This document shows, in pieces, positions 58,874-64,000 of a stretch of 64,000 nt of DNA. The position numbers were made by a program, and so were the translations under genes. The stretch is taken from positions 24,048-88,047 of the forward strand of contig CAXBFJ010000009.1 in NCBI GenBank assembly GCA_963975245.1. Direction: 5' to 3'. Under the pieces are notes generated by a model. The model searched no databases. It was given only the letters and a program-made list of their open reading frames with translations, and was not told where the DNA came from. Numbering within the stretch: the stretch's first letter is position 1; each line of letters opens with the position of its first letter. This stretch comes from an uncultured Panacagrimonas sp. Lineage in GTDB: Bacteria > Pseudomonadota > Gammaproteobacteria > Nevskiales > Nevskiaceae.

Positions 58874-61800
58874 TCAGAGGGCCGCAGCGGAATCTGCGCG
58901 TTTCAGGCTGAGCTGCTGATGCTGAGCCTGTTCAAGGTAGGTGGCAGCGCCAATACGTCGGAATATTTCCACCGCATTTTGCAACTCGGCCGACGCTTGA
59001 GTCGGCGTGTCGATCTCTGCGAGGGCGAGATGAATTTTTCCGATCTCCAGGGCTAGGCCCATTCGGACGGCTTGCTCCAGTCCAGTGCGAAGATGCTTGC
59101 GGGCCCGCTCCTTGCGGCCGATCAGCACTTCCCTGCGCGCTTCGATCAAAGCCAGCGCAGGCCGGCCAATCGGAATCAGGCGGGAGAACCCGCGCATGCT
59201 TCTGGCTGTCATGCCCAGCAGGCGAATGGCGTCCTGGTGTCTGCTGGTTTGTGTTGCCGCACTGCGCAGCACTTCTTCGATGCACAGATAGGAACTGACC
59301 TGCAGCCAGACCAGCGGGGCCTTGGACATGGCGACTTCAATGGTTTCCCGGACGAGGTCAAAGGCCTGATCGTGCTCGCCAGCGCGGTCCAGCGCCGCGC
59401 CGTGCAATCCGCGCGTGAACAGATCGGCAGCCGCATCCGGCCGGGCGGTCAGGGACTCGCGGGCGCGTCTCAACAGGCGGAGCACCGCCTGCGGATCTTT
59501 CGCGTTGCCACTGCGCAGCATCACCCCGGCAAGGCCCGCTGAGCCCCAGGCCAGGAACAGGGGGTTGTCGGTATCGGTATTTCGCTCCAACGCGGTGTTG
59601 AGGATTTCCGCCCCATCTGCCAACTGGCCGCGATAGGCCATGACATGTCCGAGGGCTGACATGACATTCCACGCGCGGGTGCGATCCCCCATGCTGTCGT
59701 AGCGATTCAGGGCGTCGCGCAGCCAGCGCTCGGAATCCGTCCACCGGCTGCCTTGTGCCAGCGCAGAGCCGCGCGCCAGACGCACCCAGGCACTGACGCC
59801 CGAATCTCGTGTGGCATCGGCTGCTTCGATGGCGGCATTGAAGGTGCGCATCGTGGTCTTTTCGCGGCCCATGCCGGATTGCAGCAGCGCGTACCAGGCG
59901 ATGGCGCGGGCTTGCTCGGGGCTGCCCAGGTTCTCCGCACCGGACAGGCGCTCAAAGCGAAGCGTGGTGTAGGCCAGCGCAAGTGGGTCATTGTCGTAAT
60001 AAAGAATGTCCGGCAGCAGGTCGTAGGCCTTGACAGCCATGCGCAGGCGTTCGGGGTCACGCAGGTGGCCGGGCGCGCGCCGCGTCAGTCGCAAGCCGCG
60101 CAGCACCAGTTCGCGCATCAGGGCCCAGACGCGGCCGGAGGTGCTGCCAGGAATGAATTCACCGAATGCGCGCAGGGCTTCTTCAATGTAGCGACGGCTG
60201 GCACGCTCGTCGCCCATCCGGTGATGGGCCTGCGCCAGGCCTAGCTCCGGTGCCCAGGCGTGGGCATGCCCCTGCAGGCTGGCGCTGCGTCCGCGCAGGC
60301 TGCGCGCGCTGGAAAAATGCTGTGCAGCTTCGCGATTGGAGAACGTCGTGAGTGCTGCATCACCCGCCTTGATTCTGGCTTCGAAGGCCTCTGGCCAGTT
60401 CTCAGCCAGTTCCCAGTTGCGCGCCAGCTCAGCCAGATGGTGGGTTGGGTGCGAGTGAGGCTGGTCTTCCAGCCACTGTGCGAACCGCGCGTGAAGCTCG
60501 CGACGCCTGCGATACGGCAGGCTGTCGTAGGCGGCGTCCCGAATGAGGGCGTGGTGAAACTTGTATTCAGCGGCGTCATCGTCCTCAACCGCGCTGATGA
60601 AGCCGCGTTCAGTCAGCAATCCGAGCTGTTCGCGGGCACTGCTTTCATCGTCCGGATGAAGATTGAGCAGCGCATCGAGTCCGAAGCTGACGCCGATGAC
60701 GGCGGCGATGCGCAAACTGATCTGTGCCTTGGGGTCGAGGCGATCCAGGCGGCTGGCGATGACGCCGTTGAGCGTATCGGGCAGGCGTGCCATGGAAGAC
60801 TGCTCCGCCTGCTGCGAAATCAGGTCCGCTTGTCCACCCTGCAAGAAGAGGCGGCCACTGTCGATGGCGGCCGCTGCAAGTTCGCGACAGAACAAGGGAT
60901 TGCCGCCGCTGCTGTTGGCAATCCATTGCGTGGCCCGTTCTGACAGTGAAGTAGCACCGATGGCCTGCTGCGCGACCCGCGCGCGGTCGGAGTCCGGCAA
61001 GGGGCCCAGCGCAATCTGATGCATACCCACGGATGACAATTGCTTGAGCACATCGGGTGGCGCGCTGGCGTCCAGTTCGCGGGTGCTGATCAGCAGCAGC
61101 AGTCCGCTTTCACTGTCGCTGGCTTCCTGGGCCAGTCGGCTGAGCAGAGCCCAGGAAAGTGAATCCATCCAGTGCGTGTCTTCAATGCACAGCAGCATGG
61201 GCGAGCGTTGCGCGGTGCTGGTGATCAGGCGGCAGATCGCGTCACGGGTGCGCAGGGCTCGCTCGGCGTCGTCGGTCTCAGGGACCTCAGCCAGCGGCTG
61301 ACCAAGGAAGCGCTGAAGGTAAGGGTCGAGCATTGCGGCAACGCCGGACTCGGTATCGCGAGACAGGGTGAGCAACTGGCGAACCACTGGTACCCAGCGG
61401 GTTTGCGGCGCGGTGTCGCCAGATTCTGCCGACGCCGTCAGGCTGATCACCGACAATGCCTCGCCACGCGCCACGACTTCGCGCACCAGACGGGTCTTGC
61501 CGATGCCGGCTTCGCCAATCAGTGCCATCAGCCCACCACGACGCTGACTGACAAGGGCATTGAGGCGGCTATTGAGAATGTCCAGCTCTGGGTCCCGGCC
61601 GTAGACCGGCGCGCGATTCGCCGCGCGCTTGCGCCGCTCGTTGCTGGCGCTGCGTTTGGAACCTGCGCGGAAATGGGTTGCCGCAGCTTCCAGGCCCTTG
61701 ACCTCGATCAGGCCTTCCAGCACGTAATTGACGCGATCCTTTGAAAGGTCGCGCGTCAATTGATCGCACAAGGGGCCCGGGGCCGCGTTCTGCATCAGGC

Positions 61801-62938
61801 GCGCGGCAAAATTCATGGTGTGGCCAATCAAGGTGTAGTGGCTGCGATGATCATTCCCGATCAGGCTGCAGAAGACGCGACCGGTTGCCACGCCCACCCC
61901 GCAGCTGATGTTGCGACGCGACAGGGCATCGACAATGTCCATCGATGCCAGCGCAGCGCGGCTGGCGTCATCTTCGTGAACGCGTGCGAGTAGGCCGAAA
62001 GCAATGATGAAGACCGGGCCCTTGTCATCCACCACAAATTGCAGAATGGTGCCTTCATGCCGGGCGACCACCTGTTGCACGGTGCGCGCTGCAACATGCG
62101 CGTTGCGGCCATCGAGAATGCCGTTGTGCAGCAAGCCGGGGAGCCGGGCGAAGATCACGCTGGGCCGCCGGAATTCAGCGAGCCAGTTGGAGTCCAGCTG
62201 ATTCAGATTGTGATGGACCGGCTCGCTCACGTGCGCCAATGCCAGTGATTCAGGGCATTCACGTGGGTGCGCGAAGGCACTCGTGCTTGCATGTCTGATG
62301 GGCTTGCAGCTGCGTACCTGCAAAATGCCATCGCCGGAGCGGCTGACCGTGATGCAGCCGTCGGCCAGCGCCCAGGCTTCAGGGGAGACGATCAGCATAT
62401 TGTTCTGGGCCAGCGCGTCCGCCCGTCCGACCTGTTCAAATGCCGGACCACTGAGCAGGCACTGCCAGCGACCAAACTCGCCGCCGACACGGTGTGCGGC
62501 AAATGCGCCCGCGCCGAGTGAAAAGCGCATCAGCGGCGTGTCGGCCTGGCTTCGCGCATTGTGTTTTTTCAAGGCATTCAGCGCTGCCGAGCTGGCCCGA
62601 TTGATGGCGCCAGACAAATCCGCTTCGATGCTGGTCGCCGGCCACAGCACGAACAAGGCGTCACCGCCAAAGACCACGACGTCGCCGCCCTCTGCTGTCA
62701 ATTCGGCAATGAGCTGGCCGATGCTGTTCTCGATCAGCTCATTGGCCAGCTCCACCCCCTCTGGCCCCCCGGCCACCAGACGTTCCACCTTGCCGGTGAA
62801 ACCCACGACATCGACAAACACCAGTGCGCCGGAGATGGTCCACTCTTCAAAACCCGGCTTTACGTCCGCGCCCAGTGCATAGCGTTCGCGTAGGAAGCGC
62901 GGCAGGAAGCGGCCCAGAGAATCAGATGTGATACTCAT
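58874..62938 (-). CDS. soluble adenylyl cyclase (ADCY10)-like protein: two class III cyclase domains + STAND/AAA NTPase + TPR-like helices
   Basis: FVDVVGFT, GGDVVVFGGDA, DDKG, GVATG.VF, TLIGHTMNFAARL, EVKG; YGRDPEL, GEAGIGKT (aa 475-482), LCIEDTHW, GNPLF, YKFHHALIRDAAY. Start trimmed to MSITSD at 62938 (~1354 aa). Confidence 0.9.
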   Translation of the reverse strand: MSITSDSLGRFLPRFLRERYALGADVKPGFEEWTISGALVFVDVVGFTGKVERLVAGGPEGVELANELIENSIGQLIAELTAEGGDVVVFGGDALFVLWPATSIEADLSGAINRASSAALNALKKHNARSQADTPLMRFSLGAGAFAAHRVGGEFGRWQCLLSGPAFEQVGRADALAQNNMLIVSPEAWALADGCITVSRSGDGILQVRSCKPIRHASTSAFAHPRECPESLALAHVSEPVHHNLNQLDSNWLAEFRRPSVIFARLPGLLHNGILDGRNAHVAARTVQQVVARHEGTILQFVVDDKGPVFIIAFGLLARVHEDDASRAALASMDIVDALSRRNISCGVGVATGRVFCSLIGNDHRSHYTLIGHTMNFAARLMQNAAPGPLCDQLTRDLSKDRVNYVLEGLIEVKGLEAAATHFRAGSKRSASNERRKRAANRAPVYGRDPELDILNSRLNALVSQRRGGLMALIGEAGIGKTRLVREVVARGEALSVISLTASAESGDTAPQTRWVPVVRQLLTLSRDTESGVAAMLDPYLQRFLGQPLAEVPETDDAERALRTRDAICRLITSTAQRSPMLLCIEDTHWMDSLSWALLSRLAQEASDSESGLLLLISTRELDASAPPDVLKQLSSVGMHQIALGPLPDSDRARVAQQAIGATSLSERATQWIANSSGGNPLFCRELAAAAIDSGRLFLQGGQADLISQQAEQSSMARLPDTLNGVIASRLDRLDPKAQISLRIAAVIGVSFGLDALLNLHPDDESSAREQLGLLTERGFISAVEDDDAAEYKFHHALIRDAAYDSLPYRRRRELHARFAQWLEDQPHSHPTHHLAELARNWELAENWPEAFEARIKAGDAALTTFSNREAAQHFSSARSLRGRSASLQGHAHAWAPELGLAQAHHRMGDERASRRYIEEALRAFGEFIPGSTSGRVWALMRELVLRGLRLTRRAPGHLRDPERLRMAVKAYDLLPDILYYDNDPLALAYTTLRFERLSGAENLGSPEQARAIAWYALLQSGMGREKTTMRTFNAAIEAADATRDSGVSAWVRLARGSALAQGSRWTDSERWLRDALNRYDSMGDRTRAWNVMSALGHVMAYRGQLADGAEILNTALERNTDTDNPLFLAWGSAGLAGVMLRSGNAKDPQAVLRLLRRARESLTARPDAAADLFTRGLHGAALDRAGEHDQAFDLVRETIEVAMSKAPLVWLQVSSYLCIEEVLRSAATQTSRHQDAIRLLGMTARSMRGFSRLIPIGRPALALIEARREVLIGRKERARKHLRTGLEQAVRMGLALEIGKIHLALAEIDTPTQASAELQNAVEIFRRIGAATYLEQAQHQQLSLKRADSAAAL

Positions 62939-63047
62939 GGCGCCTTCGCAATGCTGCGGGATTGGAGACGATGGGCGGGCACGGGGTCTCTGTGGGCAAG
63001 GCCGAAGTGATGAAGATGTGCAGGATACGGATTTTGAGGGAGCAGGG

Positions 63048-64000
63048 ATGGCAGGTACGGGCAAGAGGGTATTGATTTTGGGAGGTGGTGTCGCCGGCAT
63101 GAGCGCTGCCCATGAACTGATTGATCGCGGCTTCGCGGTCACCGTCCTTGAGGCGCGGGATATCCCCGGCGGCAAGGCACGCAGCATGGCGAGTCATTCG
63201 GACGGCTTGCCCGGCGAGCACGGGTTCCGTTTTTTCCCCAGTTTCTATCAGCACCTGACCCACACCTTGCAGAACATCCCCTACCGGAATAACCGGCTGG
63301 GTGTGCTCGGCAATCTGGTGGACACCACGCGTGCGGGTGCAGCGAGATTCGGCAAGGATCTGATCATCCTCAACTCGGGATTTCCTGATACGCCGGACGC
63401 CTTCATGGAAATGGCGGATGATCTGGTGGGGAATCCTTTCGGTCTCAGCGCCGAGGAAACCCGCTTTTTTGGCGCGCGCATGATGCAGATTGCCAGTAGT
63501 TGTCACGAGCGTCGTGTTGAGGAATACGAAAAGATCGGCTGGTGGCAGTTCATCGAGGCGGACCGATTTTCTGACAACTATCGCAGTGTCCTGGGATCGA
63601 CAACCCGATCCCTGGTGGCCGCTGATCCACGCAAGGCCAGTGCGCGCACCATTGGCGACATCACCCTGCAGGCCGTCATGGGGCTGAGTACGCCAGGCAA
63701 AACCTATGATCGCGTGCTCAATGGCCCCACCAGCAAGGTGTGGATTGATCCCTGGCTGGAGCATCTGCGCGCGCGTGGGGTGGACTACCGCTTATCCTGC
63801 CCGGTCACCGCCTTGCAGGGCGATGCGCGCGGGCTGTGCGGCGTCACCGCCAGTACCCCCAGCGGCGAGCAGACATTCGAAGCGGATTGGTATGTCGTGG
63901 CCTTGCCGGTGGAAAAAATTGCTGGGCTGCTGACCGATGACCTGCGCGCGGCTGATCCGGCGCTGGCGGCCGTTGATGGTTTGTCACAGCACGTTGCCTG
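63048..64000 (+). CDS. 3'-truncated FAD-dependent oxidoreductase (amine oxidase / carotenoid-desaturase-like family)
   Basis: Absent from the ORF track because it runs off the window. MAGTGKRVLILGGGVAGMSAAHEL...EARDIPGGKARS, LPGEHGFRFFP, LNGPTSKVWIDPW. Confidence 0.88.
   Translation, partial: MAGTGKRVLILGGGVAGMSAAHELIDRGFAVTVLEARDIPGGKARSMASHSDGLPGEHGFRFFPSFYQHLTHTLQNIPYRNNRLGVLGNLVDTTRAGAARFGKDLIILNSGFPDTPDAFMEMADDLVGNPFGLSAEETRFFGARMMQIASSCHERRVEEYEKIGWWQFIEADRFSDNYRSVLGSTTRSLVAADPRKASARTIGDITLQAVMGLSTPGKTYDRVLNGPTSKVWIDPWLEHLRARGVDYRLSCPVTALQGDARGLCGVTASTPSGEQTFEADWYVVALPVEKIAGLLTDDLRAADPALAAVDGLSQHVA

Noticed and set aside
19461-62938. Idea that CPBP, NYN, PLD and STAND genes form one defence island
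   Set aside because: They are spread over >40 kb among metabolic genes, with no integrase, tRNA site or other defence genes, and the PLD is a lipoprotein.
62939-63187. 83-aa N-terminal extension of the cyclase in the ORF track
   Set aside because: It overlaps the FAD oxidoreductase on the other strand; sAC similarity begins near MSITSD at 62938.
1-64000. CRISPR arrays, IS elements, prophage genes, rRNA/tRNA, riboswitches
   Set aside because: None seen. Intergenic gaps are all under ~320 bp and show no repeat-spacer pattern. A covariance-model scan was not possible, so small RNAs are not excluded.

Overview
High-GC, gene-dense chromosomal window from a proteobacterium, most likely a gammaproteobacterium (pilB-pilC-pilD-coaE and plsY-birA-coaX blocks; a Nevskiales-like, lipid/hydrocarbon-oriented lifestyle is only an inference). 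I found no rRNA, tRNA, CRISPR array, transposase or integrase. Left to right: type IV pilus assembly genes with coaE; an orphan fabH; three hydrolases around a secreted protein with five CxxxPxxC repeats; a PrpR-controlled methylcitrate operon (prpB-prpC-acnD, with prpF 8 kb away) and a phased array of PrpR-like boxes; GST, a CAAX-protease homologue with substituted catalytic residues, rhodanese and a Regnase-like NYN RNase; glcDEF; a large PLD lipoprotein; an AraC/Baeyer-Villiger pair; an LMW-PTP/fructosamine-kinase pair; a membrane-anchored repeat protein; a TetR-controlled 12-gene oxidative lipid cluster (P450, DUF3237, BVMO, ferredoxin, acyl-CoA dehydrogenase, WS/DGAT); single-chain pyruvate carboxylase; coaX-birA-plsY; and a ~1355-aa ADCY10 (sAC)-like tandem cyclase-STAND-helical repeat protein divergent from a truncated FAD oxidoreductase. 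The strongest leads are the sAC-like protein with altered specificity and bicarbonate residues, the P450/DUF3237/BVMO operon with its operator, the two novel repeat proteins and the NYN RNase. All family calls come from motif recognition by eye; no database searches were run. Many start codons were trimmed relative to the ORF track.
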